A stretch of 47,052 bases of DNA. It comes from a virus (Duplodnaviria; Caudoviricetes). The position numbers were made by a program, and so were the translations under genes. Positions 26,898 to 35,124 of the stretch are shown here, one piece after another (positions within the stretch are counted from its first letter, which is position 1; the number at the start of each line of letters is the position of its first letter). The stretch lies in IMG/VR virus record IMGVR_UViG_3300032335_000913, positions 1-47,052 of that record; one strand, given 5' to 3'. The notes under the pieces are model-generated. The model was given only the letters and a program-made list of their open reading frames with translations, did not search any database and was not told the DNA's origin.

Positions 26898-27107
26898 TTA
26901 ATATGGTTTCTTTTTGGTTGGAATTGGTATAACTAATTTCTTTTGCATGGTAGTAGACATATGTGGAGTAAGATTGATACCTACTCCTCCGTCATTACCC
27001 CATCCCTGATTACCACAACGAGTTATAAAGTCCTCATCACTCTCTCCTTCCAATCTTTCACATCTACCCTCTAACTCTTTAATCAATATCTCTTTTAACT
27101 TAATCAT
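26898..27107 (-). CDS. Small hypothetical protein (MIKLKEIL start)
   Basis: 69-aa ORF preceded by ATATTTAT at 27129-27136. Confidence 0.6.
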   Translation of the reverse strand: MIKLKEILIKELEGRCERLEGESDEDFITRCGNQGWGNDGGVGINLTPHMSTTMQKKLVIPIPTKKKPY

Positions 27108-27448
27108 TTCTGTATATTTGTACTACACATAAATATCTTAGATAAAAGAAATTCACTTAAAGGGTATATGTGTGTATCATACATCATGTCAAAAAACGCG
27201 CTATAGGTGAAAAATTGGACCCCGGTATTCGCACGTATCCGACCCGTTTTTACAACTCGCGCTTTTTGTCAGCGACATGAAACTGTTACTCGTTTCACTC
27301 CGACCCCGCGAGGAAAAAATAATGCAAACTCCGTTAAAAAAATGCGCACAAAGAAACCGACATCATTTACGATATCGGTTCATCCCTCAGCGGGAGCTCT
27401 CTTTGTAATTAAAATGAAAATATGAAACCCAAGGAAAAAACTTCTCTT

Positions 27449-27667
27449 TTAAAATTGTCTACTTACCCACTTTGGATAATTGGTGTATTGATTCATTAAC
27501 TCATTACTTCTATAATCTTTCACTTCTACTCTTACACCTATATTCATTTCTTTACACCATTGAATAAAGTTTTCATCAGACATTATCTTTTCTCTTTCTT
27601 TCTCTAATGTGTTATACTTCTCTATGTCTATACTATTGATTGTGTCTACTATTGTATTACTATTCAT
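27449..27667 (-). CDS. Hypothetical protein
   Basis: 72-aa ORF with no Ala codons. Confidence 0.6.
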   Translation of the reverse strand: MNSNTIVDTINSIDIEKYNTLEKEREKIMSDENFIQWCKEMNIGVRVEVKDYRSNELMNQYTNYPKWVSRQF

Positions 27668-27713
27668 ACTACTACTTATTTAACTGAATTTATTTTTATT
27701 AAGATTGTCAAAC

Positions 27714-27944
27714 TTACGCTTTCGCTTTGGGTGGGTGTTGTTCAAATAACTCCATAAGGTACTCCTCTTCATTCTCCATTTGTTCGTGGGTCATCTCATT
27801 GTATCTTTCCAACAACTTAATCGCGGACCGTAACTCCATCAACTCCTCATTACACTTCCACTTTGGTTTACCATCCTTTAAACTCTTAATCTTCTTCATC
27901 AATACTACTTCATCATCTTTTAACTTATCTATCGCGAAATCCAT
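27714..27944 (-). CDS. Hypothetical protein
   Basis: 76-aa ORF. Confidence 0.6.
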   Translation of the reverse strand: MDFAIDKLKDDEVVLMKKIKSLKDGKPKWKCNEELMELRSAIKLLERYNEMTHEQMENEEEYLMELFEQHPPKAKA

Positions 27945-28350
27945 CTTTATACTTTTTATTTATTTTATGTTTTAATTCTTTCCACACTATCGGTGTGTAC
28001 TTATCTTCATTCCTTCTCGCTTGTCTTTCGTAAGGGTTTCTACTATAAGAACCGGGATACTTATAATACTTTGTTCTTATTGGTTGTAGTTGGTGTGTCC
28101 ATTCGTGAATACACGTATTGATTAACTCTCTCACATCACTACATTGGTCCCAGTATATCCACACCTCGTTATCGTCCGCGTCGTACGCTCCACAATCGGT
28201 GTCATATCCTTTCACTACTGACCAAATTGGTTCAAACTTTTTTCGTTTGTTTATTCCCATATTGGTACGACACCATCTCAGGACCATATTCGCGATTCTC
28301 ACGGATGGTTCTCTACCTAATTTTGTTATAGGTGTTTTTAAATATATCAT
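27925..28350 (-). CDS. Zincin-type metallopeptidase-like protein
   Basis: CIHEWTHQLQ (HExxH) and YSRNPYERQAR. Start placed at MIYLKT, downstream of the terminator. Confidence 0.75.
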   Translation of the reverse strand: MIYLKTPITKLGREPSVRIANMVLRWCRTNMGINKRKKFEPIWSVVKGYDTDCGAYDADDNEVWIYWDQCSDVRELINTCIHEWTHQLQPIRTKYYKYPGSYSRNPYERQARRNEDKYTPIVWKELKHKINKKYKDGFRDR

Positions 28351-28370
28351 ATTCGTTTTAGTATGGTTAT

Positions 28371-28400
28371 AAAAAAAGTGGTACTCTCGGGGTACCACTT
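28371..28400 (-). terminator. Intrinsic terminator downstream of the tRNA
   Basis: AAGTGGTAC-TCTCGGG-GTACCACTT hairpin with a U-run on the minus strand. Confidence 0.75.
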
Positions 28401-28479
28401 CGTTAATATCAAAGTTTTTGTTTGTAAAGTAAATCGGAGAATAACCATTTGTAAAGTAACCGAGATAACTTTGATATAT

Positions 28480-28556
28480 TGGAGCGGAGAGGTTGAATCG
28501 AACAACCTCTTATAATCTGGGAGACTATCGTGCGAACATCATTACACTATCTCCGC
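28480..28556 (-). tRNA. tRNA-Gly(CCC) with encoded CCA
   Basis: Minus strand: GCGGAGA acceptor, GTGT/GCAC D stem, ATAGT-CTCCCAG-ATTAT anticodon arm, GGTTG-TTCGATT-CAACC T arm, TCTCCGC-T-CCA. U73 discriminator fits Gly. Confidence 0.88.
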
Positions 28557-28589
28557 TTCATTAGTACGAGTATTTTAAACTCGTAGTAA

Positions 28590-28919
28590 TTATTTTACTT
28601 CCTTTGTAGAATCTACTACTACTGAGGTTGTTGTATCAACTGATTGAATAGATGTTGAATCAACTACTACTGATGTTGAATCAGTTGTTGTTGTTTCAGT
28701 TGTAGATGTACCACAACTAACTAAACCGATACCTAATACTAAAGACATCGCACCTACTTTCGCTTTATTTAAGATAGATGATAATCTTTTCGCGTTGTAA
28801 ATCGCTTTTGTAGTGTAAAAGTCTCTCTTTTGTTCACTCAAAGTAGAATTCGCTTCGTTTAAGTTGTTTACTAATTCAGTTACTTGGTAGTTTACTTTTG
28901 TAGAAATTTTCTTTCCCAT
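28590..28919 (-). CDS. Putative lipoprotein with Thr/Ser-rich tail
   Basis: Internal hydrophobic stretch plus lipobox LVSC, followed by TTDSTSVVVDST repeats. Confidence 0.6.
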   Translation of the reverse strand: MGKKISTKVNYQVTELVNNLNEANSTLSEQKRDFYTTKAIYNAKRLSSILNKAKVGAMSLVLGIGLVSCGTSTTETTTTDSTSVVVDSTSIQSVDTTTSVVVDSTKEVK

Positions 28920-29024
28920 AATTGTTTTTTGTTCCCCATTAAGTTATTAATTATTCAAAATCCAAATAGGAGGGGTAACTTTGACCTATTCTTCATTTGT
29001 AAGTTTATTTCGTTGTTGTTATAT

Positions 29025-29056
29025 ACAATATACGAAAAATATTTTGATTTACCAAA
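29025..29056 (-). promoter_or_regulatory. Bacteroidota-type promoter-like motif
   Basis: Minus strand reads TTTGGTAAATCAAAATATTTTTCGTATATTGT. Confidence 0.7.
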
Positions 29057-29062
29057 TTTATT

Positions 29063-29461
29063 TTATTTGTCGGTGTCCTCACCATTTCCTTTTGTTGTTT
29101 CTACATTAAGACTTCCTCCGTTGTAGTATGTACTATAAGCGGTGTCTAATGTTGGTTTAGTTGATACTAACGCTCCCTCTAATACATTTGTCGCGATTAG
29201 TTCTCGTTTTTCTTTTTTAGATAAAACATTTTTGATTAAACTCGTTTCTAATTTAACCATTTTAGTTTCAGTTTCAATCTCACCTACATACTTACGAACA
29301 CTTTCTTCGTCAACAAAGATACGAGGTTTGTCCATCTTCGGTCCTGATAATTCAATCACTTCGTAAATATGTTTACCATCACCGAAATTGAATTTCTTAT
29401 TCTTCACTATCGCTTTATATCCTCTCTTTCCTAATTTGATTTCTTTTATTTTCTTACTCAT
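29063..29461 (-). CDS. Hypothetical basic protein
   Basis: 132-aa ORF. Confidence 0.7.
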   Translation of the reverse strand: MSKKIKEIKLGKRGYKAIVKNKKFNFGDGKHIYEVIELSGPKMDKPRIFVDEESVRKYVGEIETETKMVKLETSLIKNVLSKKEKRELIATNVLEGALVSTKPTLDTAYSTYYNGGSLNVETTKGNGEDTDK

Positions 29462-29528
29462 ACTATTATCTTTTAATGTTTTTAATTACTTCGTTCATTG
29501 GGTACCAAGGTATATGTCTTTTCATATT

Positions 29529-29846
29529 TTAGTGTGTTGAATTTAATTCATAATGAAACTTTTGTAATTGTTTCGTTTCATATTCGTGAGCGAATTTCTT
29601 TCCTCTTATTACTTTGAGAATAAATAATTCATAAACTGACTCACTATGTTCTCTCATATCGTTGTATAAGGACCAGTTTTTGTTTTCTTTTCTCGCTCGA
29701 CTAAAGTGTTTTTGTAATCTTAATTTCGCAGAATAGTGAAACCTCCTACCTATCGCGACTGTGATACCTATATAACTCTTACCATTTTCAGTATTGACTA
29801 TCTCATATACTACGTGGTTTCTATCGTTTCGTTTCTTTCTATTCAT
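29529..29846 (-). CDS. GIY-YIG nuclease-domain protein
   Basis: VVYEIVN...SYIGIT...RLQKH...YE...LN. Confidence 0.8.
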   Translation of the reverse strand: MNRKKRNDRNHVVYEIVNTENGKSYIGITVAIGRRFHYSAKLRLQKHFSRARKENKNWSLYNDMREHSESVYELFILKVIRGKKFAHEYETKQLQKFHYELNSTH

Positions 29847-29857
29847 ACTAATTAATT

Positions 29858-30250
29858 TTATTTTACTATAATACCATATCCACCCGAATTTGTGTTAGTT
29901 ATAAACCAACTCCAATCTTCATCACTATAAAACCTATCCCAATTTTCACCTTTCTCTAATCCCTTACGACCATTGTATTTGATTACTTTGATATCCTTTA
30001 AATTCTTTCTAATCGTTGAGTAATATCCGTTTACTTTTACTTGGTTTAATCTACCATCTTCTTTTAACATTAAACTAATGATTGTAGTCCATGCTGGTTT
30101 ATTCATTAACTCCATTGCATTGTATAAATGTTTATATACTTTTGCAATCATTCTTTTGTTAATACTATCATATCCTACTTTTGACTCCCATATTTCGTTT
30201 GGTGTATCAATTGGACTTTGTAAATGTGTTGGTGTTATATTCTTATTCAT
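29858..30250 (-). CDS. Hypothetical protein
   Basis: 130-aa ORF. Confidence 0.7.
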   Translation of the reverse strand: MNKNITPTHLQSPIDTPNEIWESKVGYDSINKRMIAKVYKHLYNAMELMNKPAWTTIISLMLKEDGRLNQVKVNGYYSTIRKNLKDIKVIKYNGRKGLEKGENWDRFYSDEDWSWFITNTNSGGYGIIVK

Positions 30251-30263
30251 ATTCTTATATTGT

Positions 30264-30467
30264 TTATAATTTAATTGTTCTAATAGGGTCTCCTTCGGTT
30301 AGTTGGTAGTTTAAACTATCACTTGCAAATAATTGAGCTTCATCTGCAGAGTATGTTTCCATTAATAACTTTATTGTCTTATTGGTCATACTATTCACTT
30401 TTTGTTTCGTTGTTATAGACTCTAATAGACCACCTTCCGAAAACATACTGATTGTGTAATACTTCAT
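30264..30467 (-). CDS. Hypothetical protein
   Basis: 67-aa ORF in a tandem array. Confidence 0.55.
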   Translation of the reverse strand: MKYYTISMFSEGGLLESITTKQKVNSMTNKTIKLLMETYSADEAQLFASDSLNYQLTEGDPIRTIKL

Positions 30468-30468
30468 A

Positions 30469-30735
30469 TTATTGAATTGTTTTAATTGGTAATTTAATAT
30501 TTTCTATTCTTTTGATTTCAGTAAACACATCAACGATATTCATTTTTGTATCGGTATGTTTTTTAACGAACTCACTCGCATCTTTTTTATTACTGAAAAA
30601 CTTTTTGATACCTTTAGGACCTGTTACCTTATATACATCAAAGGTTGTTGGTTCAAACTTTTCACTTTTCATTCTTAACACTCTTTGGACTTTCTTTATA
30701 GAGTAGTTACTCTTTACATTTTCTTTTACTTTCAT
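30469..30735 (-). CDS. Hypothetical basic protein
   Basis: 88-aa ORF. YKVTGPKGIKKFF resembles YEVIELSGPK..PRIF of 29063-29461. Confidence 0.6.
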   Translation of the reverse strand: MKVKENVKSNYSIKKVQRVLRMKSEKFEPTTFDVYKVTGPKGIKKFFSNKKDASEFVKKHTDTKMNIVDVFTEIKRIENIKLPIKTIQ

Positions 30736-30832
30736 ATTACTTTACTTTTTATACTTTACAAAAATAGGTTAAAATTGGGTGGAATCTTTACTACCTATAC
30801 GGATATAGGAAACTTTACAACCACCACAAAGA

Positions 30833-31204
30833 TTAACCCAATACTAAATCAATCATTCTTTTATTCAATCCAATTGACCTTAAATCCTTTTTGACTTCAC
30901 TCAAAAACTTCTTTTCAATCTTACCTAACTTCATAGGATAAGACGAAATAATTTGTGAAATAGTCAAAGACTCTTTTTTCAACTCAGCGAAAAACTTCAT
31001 TTGTTTTTTCACTTCGGTATTATTTTTACATACTACCTTATGTGTACGACCCATAAAGTCTTTAAACTCTACAATAGAATTCGGTTTTGTAGGTATGTTA
31101 AACTTACTACCCGCGAAATTCTTATATTGAGGTTTTTCGTTACGAGATGTATTATACGCGATTTCCGTATATTGGTTAAATTCGTTTGTGTTACTCTTAT
31201 TCAT
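30833..31204 (-). CDS. Hypothetical basic protein
   Basis: Start placed at MNKSNT, downstream of a TATCTTTG -7 element at 31269-31276. Confidence 0.65.
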   Translation of the reverse strand: MNKSNTNEFNQYTEIAYNTSRNEKPQYKNFAGSKFNIPTKPNSIVEFKDFMGRTHKVVCKNNTEVKKQMKFFAELKKESLTISQIISSYPMKLGKIEKKFLSEVKKDLRSIGLNKRMIDLVLG

Positions 31205-31268
31205 ATTCTTTACAATTTTAGATATTAGAAAAATTTTATATATAACCCCCTCATTGTTGGGATATACC

Positions 31269-31281
31269 CAAAGATACGACA
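31269..31281 (-). promoter_or_regulatory. Bacteroidota -7 element
   Basis: Minus strand reads TGTCGTATCTTTG, an exact TAnnTTTG match. Confidence 0.5.
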
Positions 31282-31431
31282 ATTTGGTGGATTTTGGTGC
31301 TCTTTTTGAAACTATTTTTAAAAGTTCTTGATAGAGAATCAACGAGTTAGACATTTATTTTTTTACCATATATAAGTCATTGATTGCTGGACAGTTATAA
31401 CTCATTGATAATCAACCACTTAGGATTCGGG

Positions 31432-31459
31432 ATTTAACATAATATAAGTTATATGTCTT
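31432..31459 (-). other. dif-like XerC/XerD recombination site 1
   Basis: Minus strand reads AAGACATATAA-CTTATA-TTATGTTAAAT. The right arm is identical to the canonical XerD arm. Confidence 0.7.
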
Positions 31460-31495
31460 TTTTCGCATAACTCGTTGATACTGAATAGGTTACCC

Positions 31496-31523
31496 ATTTA
31501 ACATAATATCTTATATAAGAACA
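31496..31523 (-). other. dif-like site 2
   Basis: Second perfect TTATGTTAAAT arm 64 bp away in the same orientation; the XerC-side arm is degenerate. Confidence 0.55.
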
Positions 31524-32167
31524 CTATAACTCATTGAAAATCAGTCAGTTAGTGCAACTCGTTGATTATCAGTAAGTTAGAAAAAGGGTTAAATTTGAAT
31601 AAAAAATAACTTTGAAATTAGTGGATATCTAACGAATATCAGCAGGACCCGTGCAACCCTTACCCACATTGAGTTTCAGAGGACGAGACTAAAATAAATT
31701 CACTTTACTAAATCGATGCAAACCACTGCCAGTAAGGGTTGCACAGAATTATTTGCTGCCAGGTCCGTGCTACAACAGAATATTTTTCGGTGTATTATTT
31801 CGTATGGAAAAAAAATTCGTTTCAATGTGTGAATGTGCATGATACATTGACTTTGTTTGATATACTATTATTGATATGTTCGTTTATGTAGTGTGTAAGT
31901 ATGTAAGTATTTTATTTTGATACATAAAAACTTTTGACACTCTTTAACACAAATTACCACTTTCTACCACTAATTAACACTAATTTATTTATTTTGATAT
32001 AGTATTGATTGATATACTTAATTGTAATTTGTCCTGAATATTGGTGTGTGGGTTTATGTATGATATTGTAATATGCACTTTACTTATCTTAACCATTTTA
32101 TTAATCAATTCCAATGCAACACTCAAAGGTATTTCTTTTATCATATCTTTATTATTTCATTATCATA

Positions 32168-32470
32168 CTACATTACCATTACCCTTTCAATACAATATAA
32201 AAATGTTTGTTTACTACGGATTTGTTCACTCCTTACTAACATACAATTATTTCCTTCATTCTCATTCCAAAGTATATACCCTTCACCCGTTTTAAATCTA
32301 TTCAGTATAAGCATAATATCACTATGTGTTTTATTTATGTGTCGCATATGTATATGATATTGTTCGTTACCCTCTTGATTCCAACTCCATGTATTGAGAA
32401 CATAATAAGTCATTCCACGCAATTGAATTCTTTGATGGATTAGTTCGTGTGTATTTTGGATTGTTAACAT
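32168..32470 (-). CDS. MLTIxN-family small protein
   Basis: Starts MLTIQN; similar layout to 34816, 36111, 38085, 38348 and 39819. Confidence 0.65.
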   Translation of the reverse strand: MLTIQNTHELIHQRIQLRGMTYYVLNTWSWNQEGNEQYHIHMRHINKTHSDIMLILNRFKTGEGYILWNENEGNNCMLVRSEQIRSKQTFLYCIERVMVM

Positions 32471-32472
32471 AC

Positions 32473-32682
32473 TTACTTATTTTTATCTAATTGTATTTGT
32501 ATTTCATTACATATACTATAATCTTCTATCTTAACAAAGTATTTTTTTAAATGTTCTAAAACTAATTTCTTTTGTTCAGTATCTAATCCTTCCATTGCAT
32601 AACCATTATGTCTTGCAACTTCTAATTGTTTTCTAAATACTATATCCATTAATTGTGTACTATCTATTAATCCCGTATCCAT
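32473..32682 (-). CDS. Small protein with UVR (UvrB/C)-like motif
   Basis: KKYFVKIEDYSICNEIQ resembles the E.YE.C..I UVR motif. Confidence 0.55.
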   Translation of the reverse strand: MDTGLIDSTQLMDIVFRKQLEVARHNGYAMEGLDTEQKKLVLEHLKKYFVKIEDYSICNEIQIQLDKNK

Positions 32683-32695
32683 TACTTACCCTCTT

Positions 32696-32872
32696 TTATT
32701 TTTTGTTTTTAATCCTACTCCAGCTTTCTATTATCAATTCACCTATAATCAATAATGCAAAGTAATCCTTTACAACAGGTACTTTATTCCAATCCTTTAA
32801 CACTACATGCCAAAAGATAGTTACAATCAATACCCATTCTATTAATACTATCCATTTGTTTATACCTTTCAT
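32696..32872 (-). CDS. Small membrane protein (58 aa, not in ORF track)
   Basis: Read manually: MKGINKWIVLIEWVLIVTIFWHVVLK...WSRIKNKK. Confidence 0.5.
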   Translation of the reverse strand: MKGINKWIVLIEWVLIVTIFWHVVLKDWNKVPVVKDYFALLIIGELIIESWSRIKNKK

Positions 32873-32873
32873 A

Positions 32874-33071
32874 CTATTTATTTTTATCTTTTAGGATTTG
32901 AATTGTAGCTTGTTTTATGATTAGTAATTCTATTAATTCATCCCAACCTTCTGCCCTATCCCCTATTATAGTATTGTATTCATTAAGTATCTTATCCCTT
33001 TGCAAATCCGTTAGTGTTATACTTAATTGGGTTTCTATTTCTTTAATATCGTTTATACTTACATTCATCAC
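32874..33071 (-). CDS. Hypothetical protein
   Basis: 65-aa ORF. Confidence 0.55.
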   Translation of the reverse strand: MMNVSINDIKEIETQLSITLTDLQRDKILNEYNTIIGDRAEGWDELIELLIIKQATIQILKDKNK

Positions 33072-33727
33072 ACTTTGTGTTTTACTTATTTTATTAAATC
33101 ATTATCCTTTAATCGTTTTTCCCTTTCCTTATAGTATTGGGTTAGTCTTTGTTCTAATTCTCTTATTTTATTTATATTGTTATTGAATTCTTTTATACTA
33201 TTCCTTATCATTAGTATTCCTATTACCATTATTACTATTACTACTGCAATCATATCCTTTTATTTATTTCTTTTATTCTTTATATACACTCTTAACCATA
33301 CCATGTATACTATCATTATACTGACTACATATATCAGGGTTTGCTTTATATACATTACTATTCTTAACTGAATTTATTTTATCTTACTTTTCAAAATCAG
33401 TTTTACTTCTTCCACTCACCACTTCTTAATATACTCCTAATGTAATCCCAACTTTGCAATGTGGTAAGGTATACAGGTGTCTCAAACCTTTTACCTTTGT
33501 ATATTACGCATGTGGGTTGGTATGTCAATCCTATTGTATCGGTTTCTAATTTCATACTAATCAATTTTCATTACTTCATTCGTTGCGAATATAATGAATA
33601 GACATCCTACTGCCGTTTCACCTATCCACATATACATTCCACCCAAAAAGAATGCCGTTGGTGCACATACTACATTCCAAATCCTTTTAATCTTTTCCAT
33701 TTTACTATTGTTTTATTTTGTTATTAA

Positions 33728-33769
33728 TACTATCAAAAAATTTTAGGTAACGACTTTACCCCGACCCCT
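33728..33769 (+). repeat. Copy 2 of C-rich dispersed repeat
   Basis: TACTATCAAAAAATTTTAGGTAACGACTTTACCCCGACCCC. Confidence 0.75.
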
Positions 33770-33770
33770 T

Positions 33771-34652
33771 TTATAATTTTAATTTTAATGCATCTTCTCT
33801 ATCAATTGCATATGAATATCCTCTCTTAGCTTTCTTACAATATATCTTAACTTTATTTTCCACCAACCTATCTAATTTAGAATTAACAAACATTGCGTGA
33901 CTATCCTTTATATTCAATAACTCTTTCAATGAAATATGGTTAGGTTCAAACTCATATACCTCAATACTATTGTTGTCAAAATATTCCCTTCTAATTGAAT
34001 AAGGTTTACCATATTTCTTTTCTCTATAATTTTCTTCATTCTTATCTATATGATTAACACTTACTTCTACCTTTGAACTAAATTGTCTTTGTATATAGAA
34101 TTTCAATGCGTGTTCACTTGCATCGTTTTCAATTAATGTTTTAATCAATTCTAATTCTGCTGTTGTTGATTTCATAGTTTTTTGTTTTTCGTTATTCGTT
34201 TTTGTTTCTGTTTTATTTGTATATATTTTTTGTTCGTTTATTGGGTTATTAATTAACTTCATAACTTCATCCGCTTCACTTTGAGATTTTGCACCCTTTC
34301 CTAAATTATACCATTGTATTACTATTTGTATATTATTCATAGTATAAATTCCATTAGGGTCAATTCTATCACCTGAAGGAGCTAACAAAGGATTAAATCC
34401 CAATCTTCTAGCAGAACTTAAACAATAATCCTTTTCACTTTTTACTAAAGGAAAACTTATTCCTGTTCGTTCACATTTTCCATTGGTTTGTTTTAATCTT
34501 TCTACTAATTGTTCTAAAGTTATATCAACTATTATTTCCTTTGTTCTACCATATGATTGACCTTTGTCTTTGGCAGTTCTTGCACTACTCCTAATTGACT
34601 TTAGTAGTCTTTTTGCCATAACCCTATAACAATCTTCATAATTCATTTTCAT
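33771..34652 (-). CDS. HNH-like (His-Me finger) endonuclease-domain protein
   Basis: GKCERTGISF...PSGDRIDPNGIYTMNNIQIV..YNLGKG matches the SLDRIDS.KGY..DN HNH-like family. Confidence 0.7.
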   Translation of the reverse strand: MKMNYEDCYRVMAKRLLKSIRSSARTAKDKGQSYGRTKEIIVDITLEQLVERLKQTNGKCERTGISFPLVKSEKDYCLSSARRLGFNPLLAPSGDRIDPNGIYTMNNIQIVIQWYNLGKGAKSQSEADEVMKLINNPINEQKIYTNKTETKTNNEKQKTMKSTTAELELIKTLIENDASEHALKFYIQRQFSSKVEVSVNHIDKNEENYREKKYGKPYSIRREYFDNNSIEVYEFEPNHISLKELLNIKDSHAMFVNSKLDRLVENKVKIYCKKAKRGYSYAIDREDALKLKL

Positions 34653-34674
34653 ATATTCAATTCCTTTATTAAGT

Positions 34675-34706
34675 CTAATATACGACTAATATTTGAAATT
34701 ACCAAA
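34675..34706 (-). promoter_or_regulatory. Bacteroidota-type promoter-like motif
   Basis: Minus strand reads TTTGGTAATTTCAAATATTAGTCGTATATTAG. Confidence 0.7.
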
Positions 34707-34707
34707 T

Positions 34708-34741
34708 AAAAAAAGGGATAAGTTATTATTAACCTATCCCT
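34708..34741 (-). terminator. Intrinsic terminator
   Basis: AGGGATA...TATCCCT hairpin with a 7-nt U-run on the minus strand. Confidence 0.65.
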
Positions 34742-34790
34742 ACTATCAAAAAAATTTCCTTAAACGACTCACCCCCCAACCCCCACCCCT
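34741..34790 (+). repeat. Copy 3 of C-rich dispersed repeat
   Basis: TACTATCAAAAAAATTTCCTTAAACGACTCACCCCCCAACCCCCACCCC, followed by a CTTCGG-capped hairpin. Confidence 0.75.
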
Positions 34791-34815
34791 TCGGTGGGTG
34801 GTTTGTGGTTTCGTA

Positions 34816-35121
34816 TTATCCTAATGCAACTAATCTTAATTTGTCAATGAATATATCCATATTACGAATATCTAATAAGGTTATATAAAGTGTATTTCCG
34901 GTACTACTTTGTAATTTGTATGTATTCCTATTCCATTCATCCCTATTCAATGTAACCGTTATTGCGTATTTCATATTAGATAATTCAAATTTATATTGAT
35001 ATTCACTTTTACTATATGTAATATTATCAATATTAAATTGTTCCTCAATTCTTGCAACATAAAAGTTTTTCTTACCCAATCCTTTATTGTTTAGTTTATT
35101 TAAGTTCTTTATTGTTAACAT
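34816..35121 (-). CDS. MLTIxN-family small protein
   Basis: MLTIKNLNKL...YKFELS...TLNR. Confidence 0.7.
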   Translation of the reverse strand: MLTIKNLNKLNNKGLGKKNFYVARIEEQFNIDNITYSKSEYQYKFELSNMKYAITVTLNRDEWNRNTYKLQSSTGNTLYITLLDIRNMDIFIDKLRLVALG

Positions 35122-35124
35122 ATA

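Larger units (their letters stand above)
31325..31579. repeat. Array of ~25-bp imperfect palindromes TAAC-N4-TGA-N3-TCA-N4-GTTA
   Basis: Copies at 31373-31397, 31398-31422, 31468-31492, 31527-31551 and 31555-31579, plus an inverted partial copy at ~31325-31349. Confidence 0.8.

Noticed and set aside
27207-27425. 72-aa plus-strand ORF in the GC-richer island
   Set aside because: GTG start, atypical codons, opposite strand to all other genes, and overlap with hairpins. More likely non-coding.
31325-31579. CRISPR array
   Set aside because: The repeats are degenerate palindromes with irregular 0-45 bp spacing, and no cas genes are present.
27680-33381. 17-bp repeat TTAACTGAATTTATTTT at ~27680 and ~33364
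   Set aside because: Only two AT-rich copies and no interpretable context.
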